From Candidatus Aenigmatarchaeota archaeon (lineage in GTDB: Archaea > Aenigmatarchaeota > Aenigmatarchaeia > CG10238-14 > SpSt-28): 40,919 nucleotides of DNA. The notes under the pieces were generated by a model that was not told the origin of the DNA, ran no database searches, and was given only the letters and a program-made list of their open reading frames with translations. Where the stretch lies: NCBI GenBank assembly GCA_039000985.1, contig JAWBMD010000008.1:1-40919 (forward strand). The letters are read 5' to 3'. Positions 19,547 to 29,351 of this stretch are shown here, one piece after another. The position numbers were made by a program, and so were the translations under genes. The stretch's first letter is position 1; every line of letters starts with the position of its first letter.

Positions 19547-20347
19547 ATGACTACCGAATATCAAGTAGATATAAAAAAATGTAGAGAAGATGGTTTAAAA
19601 ATTAGTAGAAAGATTCCCGAATTATGGAAGATAATAGAACCTTCTTATAAAAATCTTCCTAAGAAAATTAGAGGAGAATTTAAGACATTTCTATTTTCAC
19701 TCTATTTTGAAGCTGCAAAAGCTTATCATTCAACAATATGTGGTGAAGTATTAGATATTGGGGAAAATGTAAGAGAGTGTTTATTTAATTATCTACATCT
19801 GAACAATCCGGCTATTATAAATAGCTCGCCAGAAACCTTTGCGATAATTTATGACTTAATTTATGAAAAAAACATAGAAAAGGTAATAAAATCAAAAATT
19901 TTGGATATTTATGAAGAAATGATGGGAATAAAAGTAAGAAAAAGCTTAGATGAAATAATAGATAATTCTAAGATTAAAAATATTTTGGAAAAATATGGAA
20001 TTGAAAGAAATGATGCTTTTTATACAATGCTTTATTCCACATTCGTAGGAATGCATCTATATAATATAGCACAATTTACTTATACAGAATTAATTAATTT
20101 TTCAACAAAGTCTTTTGTAGTAGATTCCATAGTTTATTCGAAATCCATTCACGAAACTAATGAAAATACAGAAGAAAAGTTCGTAAAAATTGCTAACGAT
20201 AAAGATTTTATTGAAGAAATAGAAAATAAGTATGAGAATGTATTGAAAAATCTTTTATTTAAAGTTTTCGATGTAGATGAAGATTCACAAAAAATACTTC
20301 TGAAAATACATGAAGTTAAAAAACAAAAACCATCTTATATACTATGA
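19547..20347 (+). CDS. Hypothetical helical protein, paralogue 2
   Basis: 266-aa ORF, tandem paralogue of 18681..19451. Confidence 0.85.
   Translation: MTTEYQVDIKKCREDGLKISRKIPELWKIIEPSYKNLPKKIRGEFKTFLFSLYFEAAKAYHSTICGEVLDIGENVRECLFNYLHLNNPAIINSSPETFAIIYDLIYEKNIEKVIKSKILDIYEEMMGIKVRKSLDEIIDNSKIKNILEKYGIERNDAFYTMLYSTFVGMHLYNIAQFTYTELINFSTKSFVVDSIVYSKSIHETNENTEEKFVKIANDKDFIEEIENKYENVLKNLLFKVFDVDEDSQKILLKIHEVKKQKPSYIL
19883..20037 (+). repeat. 155-bp exact direct repeat, copy 2
   Basis: Identical to 18996..19150, in the same reading frame of the paralogous gene. Confidence 0.95.
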
Positions 20348-21625
20348 ATAATCTTTGATATACTTTCCTTTTTTAGAAAGCTTTTCAAAAGCTATTTTTA
20401 TTTCTTTTCCTAAATAAAAGGCATGTGATGCTAAGCTAAACATATCTTCATTTTTAAAATGATTATAAATATTAGAAAATTTATCGCTTTCAACCTTAAA
20501 AACTAATCTCATATCCTTTGCTTCTCTCTGTTCAACAACAACTTTATTTTTAGAGTGATAAATTAAAAAATTTCCTTTAGGCCCTATAAATTCTTTAGTT
20601 TTATATGAACATTTTTCCAAAACTTTATAAGCATTTAACCAATCATGCTTATATATATGAGCAGAAGTACTCATTGAAGTTACATAACCAATAGATAAAT
20701 CTGTTTTTGCTTTTTTGTTCATTTCATTTACTATTTTCTTAACAAGCTCAATCTGAGCAAAAAAGTTAACTAGTCAACCTCTAAACATATAATTTTACCT
20801 AATGAAAACAACATGATTATAAAAATTATCTGTAATTATACCTTGAATTCCTATAATAAATGGTGGATTTTTAGAGCTTTTATCTATTTCATGATCCCAA
20901 CTAATTATTAAAGCTATTCTCGAATAAGGATGTTTGGAAATTTTATTTATCAAATATTTTAATTGATTTTTACCAAATCTATATTTGAAAATTCTTTCTC
21001 CATATATATTCCACACCAAAAGGTTTTTTTGATTAATAACTTCACTAACATGATTCTCAAATTCTCTTTTATTAATAAACTCAAAAAATAATCTTTTTGA
21101 GGTTCCTCACATTCACTAAGCTTTAAGCTTCCATACTTTAAAATTAAATCCAAAATTTTAACCCAAGCTCTAAAAATACTTTTATCATCATAAATAAAAT
21201 ACCTGCTCAAAGTAAGTGGCCAAGAACTCAATTCAACTTTTTCATCAATAACTAACTTAACTTTTTTTCTATAATTTTTTGCAGTATTAAAATTTTTTTC
21301 TATAACATTTAGTAAAGCTTTAATATTATTATTCTCAAACTCATTTCTAAGGTCTATTAGCTTAACAGAATTTATAATGCTTTCTATCAAATGGTACTAC
21401 GCTATCTAAAATCCTTTTCCCAAAAACATTTTCTATTGCAGAACCACTAGATGATAAATCTGATCCATAAAGTATTAAAGTATCTATGTTATTAAACTCC
21501 TCCAATGTTTGTATTACCAATTATGCAAATTTTATTTTTAATATTATCTGGAATTTTGGATAACAAAACTTCTTTTCTTAGCCACAATATTGAAATAGCT
21601 ATATTGCTCTTTTCATTAATTTGTA
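20342..21625 (-). pseudogene. Decayed MtrA-like / thymidylate synthase-like / DUF4346 fusion gene
   Basis: Ordered fragments: SNIAISILW...IIGN, NIDTLILYGSDLSSSG (MtrA-like); AWVKIL, YGERIF, NQLKYLI...YSRIALIISWD...NPPF, R*NYMFRG*LVN (ThyA RSND..GW motif with two in-frame stops), SAHIY; GNFLIY...SHAFYLGKEI (DUF4346). Several frameshifts. Confidence 0.8.
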
Positions 21626-21628
21626 TTT

Positions 21629-22966
21629 TTATACACTAATACTTTTTGATATTGCAATTGTTTTGATTTTATTACCTTCTCTAAACTTTAAAACAGCTTT
21701 TGGAAGCTTAAATTTACCAACGAGCTCTACTATTGGCTTTATTTTATATGCTAGAATTACTTCCTCATTTGGGTTTAAATCTCCTAAATTCCAATTAAGT
21801 TCAAAACCAAAGCTTTTCTTTGTTATTTGAGGTTCAAAAAACTCAAAATCTTTACTTATTTTAAATAAAGATGGAACAAAATCTTTAACAGTTACATCCT
21901 TCAGTTTTATTCTTCTAGCATTTCTTACAACAATCTTTATTTTAATATCCTCTTCTTTACCAATTAAAATCTTATTTATTGTTATTGTATAATATCTCCA
22001 GTAAACTAAAGAAATTAAAATAATCACAAAAAAAGCTGTTAACCATATTGGATAAAGCAAAACTTTTAATTGAAAAGAATAGAAAGAATTTTTATCTAAG
22101 CTTGGTATATTGATTTTAAATGTTCCATCGACTTTTTCATAACCAGCTTTTGCATCTATTTTTACTAGAAAAGAAATTAATGAAGGAAATCTTAAAACAT
22201 ATGTAAATGGAGATAGTGGGGAATTGCCCAAATTTTTAAATGTATAAGTAGAGGAAATGAAAAGTAAATTTACACTAGTTAATGAATATTGATCTAAATT
22301 TTTTGTTTCTTCAACAAAAAAGTATTCCTCTTTCAAATCAATTACTTTTCCACTACTATCTAACAATGCTACTTCAAAAAAATATTTTCCTGGATTCCAA
22401 TTATTATCTATTTTAAAACTATATGATTTTGCTATAGTAGAAAGCTTTTCTATATTTGCAATTTCTTCAAATTTTTTCTCCTTGTTTAAATAAACTTTTA
22501 AAATAACATCGTAATCTCTTTTAGCTAAATTTTTAGCAGTCACTTCAAAAACAAATTCTTCTCCAGGTTTTAATGATTCTTTATTCTTTTTTATTGGTAG
22601 CAAGCACAATAAGCTTTCTAATTTTGGTAAAACGGTAATATTTTTAACTATTTTTTCATTTGGATTTGAATAAGGATATATTATTATTTCAAATATTGCC
22701 ATTTCTTCCACAACACATTTTGGTGCAACAAAGAAAATATCAACAATTTTTGATGATTTTGGTAAAACCCAAACTCTATCATTATAAACAGATTTTATAC
22801 CCCCAACTTCTTGTGGAAAAACACTTATCATAAAAATTTCTTCTTTATCATTTTTGTTGTATATTTCAATAGAATATGGAACTGGATCTACTCCAACAGA
22901 TAAATATTGAGAAAAAGCAAATGGGAGAAAAACAAGAAATACGATTAAAAGTATAGCTCTCTTCAT
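21629..22966 (-). CDS. Secreted/membrane-anchored protein with Ig-like (CARDB/DUF11-like) domains
   Basis: Signal peptide, beta-rich segments (LKPGEEFVFEVTAKN, PGKYFFEV), TM near aa 305-325, C-terminal VTVKDFVP...WNLGDLNPNEE. Confidence 0.75.
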   Translation of the reverse strand: MKRAILLIVFLVFLPFAFSQYLSVGVDPVPYSIEIYNKNDKEEIFMISVFPQEVGGIKSVYNDRVWVLPKSSKIVDIFFVAPKCVVEEMAIFEIIIYPYSNPNEKIVKNITVLPKLESLLCLLPIKKNKESLKPGEEFVFEVTAKNLAKRDYDVILKVYLNKEKKFEEIANIEKLSTIAKSYSFKIDNNWNPGKYFFEVALLDSSGKVIDLKEEYFFVEETKNLDQYSLTSVNLLFISSTYTFKNLGNSPLSPFTYVLRFPSLISFLVKIDAKAGYEKVDGTFKINIPSLDKNSFYSFQLKVLLYPIWLTAFFVIILISLVYWRYYTITINKILIGKEEDIKIKIVVRNARRIKLKDVTVKDFVPSLFKISKDFEFFEPQITKKSFGFELNWNLGDLNPNEEVILAYKIKPIVELVGKFKLPKAVLKFREGNKIKTIAISKSISV

Positions 22967-23571
22967 TCTAAATATATTTTTAATTTTTCATTTTTTAATT
23001 CCTTATCAACAATATGCTCCCCCCCTTCTATAGGTATTAAACTAAAATAAGCTTTATCCTTAGTATAAGCTCTAACTTCTATTGATTGAGATAATTTTTT
23101 AATTTTTATATCATTGATACTTTTCACTCCAGGCAAATCCATCTCTATAATTTTTTTCTTTCCTTCACTTATAACCCTAAATGGAGCTTCCTCTGTAACC
23201 TTAACCTCTCTTTCTTTTTCCTCCTCCACCTCTTCTATTGGAACTTTAATACCAAGCCTTTTTTTAATTTCTGGTTCATACTCTTTATACTTACCATATG
23301 TTTTCACTTCTATTTTTGGTTCTTCTCCACTCCTTGAAGAAAAAGTGATTCTAATTCCATGAAATCCTGGACCAATAGGTTTTATTTCAAATCTTGGTAA
23401 TTCAAATTCAAATAACTTTTCAAACTCCTCTTCTATTTCCCTTAAGCTTTTACCAAAATAGTCAAATCTTGATTCAAAAGAGAGATTATATCCACAAAAT
23501 GGACAATATGACCAATTTTTATCTACTTTTTCACCACAATTCTTGCATCTTTTTTCCTTTTTTCCCAACAT
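22963..23571 (-). CDS. Zinc-ribbon plus Hsp20/alpha-crystallin-like protein
   Basis: CKNCG...WSYCPFCG ribbon; C-terminal IEMDLPGV...DIKIK...NEKLKIYL. Confidence 0.8.
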   Translation of the reverse strand: MLGKKEKRCKNCGEKVDKNWSYCPFCGYNLSFESRFDYFGKSLREIEEEFEKLFEFELPRFEIKPIGPGFHGIRITFSSRSGEEPKIEVKTYGKYKEYEPEIKKRLGIKVPIEEVEEEKEREVKVTEEAPFRVISEGKKKIIEMDLPGVKSINDIKIKKLSQSIEVRAYTKDKAYFSLIPIEGGEHIVDKELKNEKLKIYLE

Positions 23572-23990
23572 TATTCTATTTTTACTTTTCTACCTTTTTT
23601 AACTTCTTCTTTTTCAACTTTTATTTCTAATGTGCCATTTTCGTATTTAGCAACAGCTGTTTCTGGTTTAACTCTAGTTGGTAATGTTATTACCCTACTA
23701 GCAAAATTTGTTGATCTCTCAGCTATCCACATTCTTTCACCACGTTTTTCTAAAGATTCTTTTTTTCTACCTATTATTCTAACTGCTTCTTCATCAACAT
23801 AAACTTCTATTTCATCTTTTTTGAAATTGGAAACATCGGCTCTTATTATTATTTCATTTTCTGTTTCTGAAACATCTACTAAAAATGTTGAGGAAAATAT
23901 TCTTTTTACTATTGGTAGTTCTTCAAAAAGTAAATCCCTCCACAATCTATTCCTCCATTTTCTTATTTCATCGAAAATATCTTCTATCAT
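23571..23990 (-). CDS. Small heat-shock protein (Hsp20)
   Basis: VDVSETENEIIIRADV, FASRVITLP, AKYENGTLEI, C-terminal VKIE (IXI-type); TAATG-coupled to the next gene. Confidence 0.93.
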   Translation of the reverse strand: MIEDIFDEIRKWRNRLWRDLLFEELPIVKRIFSSTFLVDVSETENEIIIRADVSNFKKDEIEVYVDEEAVRIIGRKKESLEKRGERMWIAERSTNFASRVITLPTRVKPETAVAKYENGTLEIKVEKEEVKKGRKVKIE

Positions 23991-24020
23991 AACTTTAGAT
24001 AGATTTTTTAAATTAAATAT

Positions 24021-25493
24021 ATGGGTATAACAGAAAACATAAGTAGAAATTTTATTTACTTAATGGCTAATTTTTTTGTAGTATCATTTTTATCATTTAT
24101 TTTTTGGACATTTATTGGTAGTAAAAATCTTCCACCACAAGATTATGGAAAAGCAACAACAATGTTTCAAATTTTCATGCTTTTATCATCAATATCAAAT
24201 CTAGGAATTTATACAGCTTCCTGTAAAAAAATTCCAGAATTAATTTCAAAAAATCAAGAAAATAAAATTCCAACATTGCTTAGATTTTCTTTTAAAGTTT
24301 CGTTTATAGCTACAACAATATCATCAATCATTTTGTTCTTTATATTTAAATTAAATTTGCTTGAAAAAATTTCACTTGCACATATAGATTTAATTTTAAT
24401 AATATCTTTAATTTTTTTATCACAAGTATCTAGCGTAAACGCATCTTACTGGTATGGATATCAAAATATGAGAAAATTATTTTTTGCTAATCTTTTTTCA
24501 TTTTTAGGAAAGGTTGGTATTGCAGCAATATTAATTTACATTGGTTTTGGATATTTAGCACTTTTAATAGGATTTTTAACTCAAACAATATTGCAACTAC
24601 TCATAACATTTACAAAAAAGTTATTTGAAATAGGAAGTAAATTCAATACAAAAAAATTTTTTATAGAAGCTTCTATTCCAGCTTTCATTTCAGCAATTTT
24701 TCAGTTAATACTCACTCAAACACCATTCATATTTTTAAGTTTTATAAGAAGTACTGAGGAAACTGGTTACTTTTCTTTAGCTTTCATGATAACATCGGTA
24801 GCGTTTAGTTTACCTACTGTATTGGCATCTTCTATATTTCCAGTAATCTCTGGCTTGCAAAAAATTGACAAGCAAGAAAAAATAATTAATTTTAGTTTAA
24901 GATATTCCATTCTATTCTCTTCTTTAGCTTTAATTTTACTCATGCTATTTTCAGAAAGTTTTATTTTAATAGTTGCGAGTGAAAAATACATAACTTCTGC
25001 AAAAATTTTTAACATATTGGTTATTTCATTAAGCATTGGAGGAATTCTTAACATTTTATTAAGCAATATATATGCGGCTGGTTTTTATAAAATTTTTAGA
25101 AATATAAACATAATAGAAGTTATAACCTATATTCCTAGCATAATATTGCTTACTTATTTTTCCGGTTTTTACGGTACAGCCCTTTCCTTTTTATTAACAA
25201 GTATTGTTGGATTGATAGGATTTCTATTATTTTCTAGAAATGTTATTAAAATAAGCTTTGATTTAAAGGATTTAATAAAAATTTCATTTGCATGCTTTAT
25301 AATTTATATTGTTTGGGTTGGTATAAAAATTTTGGAACTAAATTTCTTAATTAAAGTTTTCTTAATAGCTATAACTTTACCAATTTATATTTTAGTTTTA
25401 AAACTAACTAAATTCTTTACAGAAACTGACAAAGCAGTGATTTCCATACTGTTAAGTAAGCTAAAGTTAAAATTCCTAATAAATTTCTTTTAA
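24021..25493 (+). CDS. Oligosaccharide flippase (Wzx/MOP family)
   Basis: About 14 TM; LPPQDYG, EETGYFSLAF, IFPVIS motifs. Confidence 0.88.
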   Translation: MGITENISRNFIYLMANFFVVSFLSFIFWTFIGSKNLPPQDYGKATTMFQIFMLLSSISNLGIYTASCKKIPELISKNQENKIPTLLRFSFKVSFIATTISSIILFFIFKLNLLEKISLAHIDLILIISLIFLSQVSSVNASYWYGYQNMRKLFFANLFSFLGKVGIAAILIYIGFGYLALLIGFLTQTILQLLITFTKKLFEIGSKFNTKKFFIEASIPAFISAIFQLILTQTPFIFLSFIRSTEETGYFSLAFMITSVAFSLPTVLASSIFPVISGLQKIDKQEKIINFSLRYSILFSSLALILLMLFSESFILIVASEKYITSAKIFNILVISLSIGGILNILLSNIYAAGFYKIFRNINIIEVITYIPSIILLTYFSGFYGTALSFLLTSIVGLIGFLLFSRNVIKISFDLKDLIKISFACFIIYIVWVGIKILELNFLIKVFLIAITLPIYILVLKLTKFFTETDKAVISILLSKLKLKFLINFF

Positions 25494-25504
25494 CAAAATA
25501 ATTT

Positions 25505-25744
25505 ATGATGGAAGTTGAAAATTTAGTTATTTTTCTAGTTGGAATAATGTTGATCTTTATAGGAATTTTTATTTTATTATTTTTATTTTTAAAAGAAAAG
25601 CAGATAAAAACACAGGGTGGATTTGCTATATGGATAGGACCATTTCCAATAATTGGATCTAGTAGTAAAGAAATGTTTTATGCAATACTTTTTGTTTCTC
25701 TTGCTATTTTTGTTTTATTGTTTCTAATTAAAAAAATATTATGA
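25505..25744 (+). CDS. DUF131 / TIGR00304-type small membrane protein
   Basis: Two TM flanking GGFAIWIGPFPIIGSS. Confidence 0.85.
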   Translation: MMEVENLVIFLVGIMLIFIGIFILLFLFLKEKQIKTQGGFAIWIGPFPIIGSSSKEMFYAILFVSLAIFVLLFLIKKIL

Positions 25745-26430
25745 GAATATTAGCTATAAGTGATTTGCATAATGATCTTGAAAATGTTTTAAGATTTTTA
25801 GATAAAATTGAAAAGCTTAATGTTGATGTTATAGTTTGTGCTGGTGATATATTAAATGCTTATCCTCCAAAAGGAATAAAAAATGAAGAAATTGCTTCCA
25901 TATTCGTTGAGGAAATTTTGTTATTAAAAAAACCATTTTTTGTTATACCTGGTAATTTTGATAAAGATATAATTGATTTTCTTGAAAGAAAAAAGGTGAA
26001 TTTGCATGGAAAAGGAAAAACAATAGGAGATTTTGGATTTTATGGATATGGTGGAGCAAAAACACCATTCAATACACCTTTAGAGCCGGATGAAGGTGAA
26101 ATAAAGCTTGGCTTATATAAAGGATTTATAAGTGTTAAAGATGCTAAATACAAAATACAAGTAACACATATTCCTCCATTAAATACTGCTTGTGATTTAA
26201 TTTCTAATGGATTACATGTTGGTTCATCATCTGTTAGAGAATTTATAGAGGAGTATAAACCATTAGTAGCTATTTGTGGACATATACAAGAAAGTAAAGG
26301 TATTGATTATTTGAGAAATACTGTTATTGTTAATTGTGGTAGATTTCCAGAAGGTTATGCTGGTTTAATAGAAGTAAAAGATGGGAAAGTTAATGCATCA
26401 ATAATAAATTTAAACTTCCTAGATGGTTGA
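25741..26430 (+). CDS. Calcineurin-like metallophosphoesterase
   Basis: SDLH, AGDI, PGNFD, THIPP, HVGS, CGHIQE. Confidence 0.92.
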   Translation: MRILAISDLHNDLENVLRFLDKIEKLNVDVIVCAGDILNAYPPKGIKNEEIASIFVEEILLLKKPFFVIPGNFDKDIIDFLERKKVNLHGKGKTIGDFGFYGYGGAKTPFNTPLEPDEGEIKLGLYKGFISVKDAKYKIQVTHIPPLNTACDLISNGLHVGSSSVREFIEEYKPLVAICGHIQESKGIDYLRNTVIVNCGRFPEGYAGLIEVKDGKVNASIINLNFLDG

Positions 26431-28654
26431 TTACGAAGTAGTTGGTACTACATTAAGAATAAATGCTTCTAGATGGGTAATTTCTCCATTTATAGAAGAT
26501 TCTGAAGCAGCGATGGGATTAATTATTGATATTTTGAGAAATGTGAAAAATGTTAATAGAATTGTTATATCTAATTCTAGAGATATAGAATATGATTTCC
26601 CACAAGTTAAAATGTTAATGGAAATTTCCGATATTATAACAAAAATTGTAAATGAAGATAGATTGCTTGGCCCTGAAAAATTTTATCCAGAATTACAACA
26701 GCTTTTTCCAAGTATTTTTAAAGAAATAACATTCATAATTTTGGAAATTTTGAGAAAAGATCCTGTAATGGCTTATCTTAAGCTAAAAGCTATAGGGCAT
26801 GCACTAGAAAAAATTTCTCTTGAAAAAAGAGGGGCTTTAATATTATTAAAAAATGTTGTTAAACCAATGATCTCTATTTTGGAAAATGGAACAATTATAA
26901 GAAAATTACTTGATATGAATGTTAAATTGAGAATTGGAGATAGAATGGTTTATAGATTAATATTTAGACCTACGATAAGACCAAAATTCATGCTAACAAG
27001 ATATTACTCTTATCTGCCAAAAGATTCTAAAATAATAGATAGCTATTATGTTGGCTCAACAAAAGTTGAAATAGTAAAAGTTCCGGAAAAAATTAGATAT
27101 ATATATTTTGTTACACCCAAAGAATTTTTGCTTGATGAAGAAAAAAACAATTTATTAAATGAAGCAAGATCTCAACTAATAGGATATAAACCAAGCGAAA
27201 AGGAAATAGCTAGCGAGGAAATAGCCAGAGAAACTTTTTACAATATGTCACTTGGGATAATAAAATCTATAGCGGATTCTAAAGTAATAAAATTGGATGC
27301 AAATGAAATAAAAGAACTTGCGAATATTTTAGTTAGGTATACAGCTGGCTATGGTATTTTAGAAATTTTGCTTGCAGATGAAAAAGTTCAAGATATTTAT
27401 ATAAATTCTCCAATAGGAGAAAATTTTGTATTTGTTAATCATGCTGACTATGAAGAGTGCGAAACGAATTTAATTCCAACATTAGAGGAAGCTGAAGGAT
27501 GGGCAACAAGATTTAGATTATATTCTGGTAGACCATTAGATGAAGCTAATCCAGTTCTCGATACAGAAATAACTGTTCCTGGAGGAAGAGGAAGAGTAGC
27601 CGCTATTACAAGAACTTTAAGTCCAGAAGGTTTAGGATATGCGGTAAGAAGACATAGAGAAAAACCATGGACATTCCCACTTTTCATAAAAGTTAAAGCA
27701 ATAAATCCTTTGTATGCTGGTTTGATGAGCTTTATAATAGATGGAGCAAGAACAATTCTTGTAGCTGGAGGTAGAGGTAGTGGAAAAACAAGCCTTTTAT
27801 CATCAATGATTCTAGAAATAATGAGAAAATTTAGAATAATTGTTTTGGAAGATACATTAGAAATACCTGTTTCTCAAATAAGAACACTTGGATATAATAT
27901 AGAAAGATTAAAATCGAGAAGTGTTATCACAAAAGTTGAAGCAGAAATGCCTGCTGAAGAAGCTTTGAGAACTGCTTTGAGATTGGGTGATTCTTGTTTG
28001 TTTGTTGGAGAGGTAAGATCTGTTGAAGCAAAAGTTTTATTTGAAGCTATGAGAGTTGGTGCTCTATCAAATGTTGTTGCTGGTACAATTCATGCAGAAA
28101 CAGCTTATGGAGTTTATGATAGAGTTGTTCATGATTTAGGAGTTGAGCCAACAAGCTTTAAGGCTATAGATATAATAAATATGTCTGCAATGTTAAAATC
28201 TCCAGATGGATTACATAGATTTAGAAGAGTTATTGAAGTTGTTGAAATAAGAAAGCATTGGAAAGAAGATCCTATGGAGGAAGAAGGATTTGTTCCATTA
28301 ATGGTTTATTCTGCAAGAGAAGATGCTTTAAAACCAACAGATGTTTTGCTTGAGGGGGAATCAGAAGTTTTAAATAATATAGCAAAAAGAGTTAGAGAAT
28401 GGCATGGAAACTGGGATTTAGTTTGGGAAAATATAATGCTTAGAAGCAAAATAAAAGAAACCATTTTAGATTATGCTATAAAATTAAACAAACCAGAAAT
28501 TTTGGAAGCAGATGTTACTGTTTTATGTAATGAAACATTTCATTTAATAAGCAATGATGTTTTAAGTGAAGTTGGGGCATATGATTCTAGGATGATTTAT
28601 GATAGATGGATTTATTGGTTCAAAAAATTTTTGAAAGAAAAGTTTAGATTATAA
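26423..28654 (+). CDS. Type II/IV secretion (VirB11/TadA/FlaI-like) ATPase
   Basis: GYGILEILLADEKVQDIYIN, Walker A GGRGSGKTS, LEDTLE, LRTALRLG...VGEVR, GTIHA. Confidence 0.92.
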   Translation: MVDYEVVGTTLRINASRWVISPFIEDSEAAMGLIIDILRNVKNVNRIVISNSRDIEYDFPQVKMLMEISDIITKIVNEDRLLGPEKFYPELQQLFPSIFKEITFIILEILRKDPVMAYLKLKAIGHALEKISLEKRGALILLKNVVKPMISILENGTIIRKLLDMNVKLRIGDRMVYRLIFRPTIRPKFMLTRYYSYLPKDSKIIDSYYVGSTKVEIVKVPEKIRYIYFVTPKEFLLDEEKNNLLNEARSQLIGYKPSEKEIASEEIARETFYNMSLGIIKSIADSKVIKLDANEIKELANILVRYTAGYGILEILLADEKVQDIYINSPIGENFVFVNHADYEECETNLIPTLEEAEGWATRFRLYSGRPLDEANPVLDTEITVPGGRGRVAAITRTLSPEGLGYAVRRHREKPWTFPLFIKVKAINPLYAGLMSFIIDGARTILVAGGRGSGKTSLLSSMILEIMRKFRIIVLEDTLEIPVSQIRTLGYNIERLKSRSVITKVEAEMPAEEALRTALRLGDSCLFVGEVRSVEAKVLFEAMRVGALSNVVAGTIHAETAYGVYDRVVHDLGVEPTSFKAIDIINMSAMLKSPDGLHRFRRVIEVVEIRKHWKEDPMEEEGFVPLMVYSAREDALKPTDVLLEGESEVLNNIAKRVREWHGNWDLVWENIMLRSKIKETILDYAIKLNKPEILEADVTVLCNETFHLISNDVLSEVGAYDSRMIYDRWIYWFKKFLKEKFRL

Positions 28655-29304
28655 AAAATCTTCATTAATTCAAAAAACATTTTTATTATCTGCAATAAAG
28701 AAATTTTGCTTTTTCCAATTTTTCTTTTTACATAGATTGTTGGAATTGTTACACTTTTAAACCCCTTTTTATTTAATTTATAAATTAACTCTACATCCCA
28801 AGCAAAACCCTTTGAATCTATTTTTATTTCATCAAAGACATGTTTTCTGAATCCTCTTAATGTTGATTGTGTATCATCTTTTATTCTAAAAAGCAAAAAA
28901 ACTAAAACTCTAAAAAATAATCCAAGTAATTTTCTTAAAAAAGAATCTTCTCTTACTATTCTTTTAGTTTTCACAAAATCATACTTTTTAAGTTTTTTTA
29001 ATATTAAAGGAATGTATTCAACAGGATATTGCAAATCAGCATCTATAGTTATTATAAAATTTCCTTTACTCAATTTTATTCCATCTAATATTGCTGAGCC
29101 TTTACCAGTTTTTCCATATCTTTTAATAATTTTACCTTTTATTCCAAATTTTTTTAAAGCTTTTTTTGCAATAATAGCTGTTTTATCAGTAGAATCATCA
29201 ACAATAATAACTTCATAATTTTTTAAATTGATATTTTTTAGTTTTAACAAAAATTCTTCTATTACATCTTGCTCGTTTAAAGTTGGAACAATTATACTTA
29301 GCAC
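28612..29304 (-). CDS. GT2 glycosyltransferase (polyprenol-phosphate sugar synthase-like)
   Basis: SIIVPTLNE, IIVDDSTD, GKGSA, IDADLQY, DTQS, WDVE. Confidence 0.92.
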   Translation of the reverse strand: MLSIIVPTLNEQDVIEEFLLKLKNINLKNYEVIIVDDSTDKTAIIAKKALKKFGIKGKIIKRYGKTGKGSAILDGIKLSKGNFIITIDADLQYPVEYIPLILKKLKKYDFVKTKRIVREDSFLRKLLGLFFRVLVFLLFRIKDDTQSTLRGFRKHVFDEIKIDSKGFAWDVELIYKLNKKGFKSVTIPTIYVKRKIGKSKISLLQIIKMFFELMKIFYNLNFSFKNFLNQ

Positions 29305-29351
29305 TTTAATTAATTTTTCAAAATCTATGAATTATAAATAGTCTAATAACT

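Noticed and set aside
18996..20037. 155-bp repeat pair as a diversity-generating retroelement TR/VR
   Set aside because: The copies are identical (no adenine-specific mismatches), both are mid-gene and coding, and there is no reverse transcriptase in the window.
20723..20797. TGA read-through (alternative genetic code) in the thymidylate synthase region
   Set aside because: A TAA stop and frameshifts occur in the same gene, and intact genes (ftsZ, thrC-like) end with TGA, so pseudogenisation is simpler.
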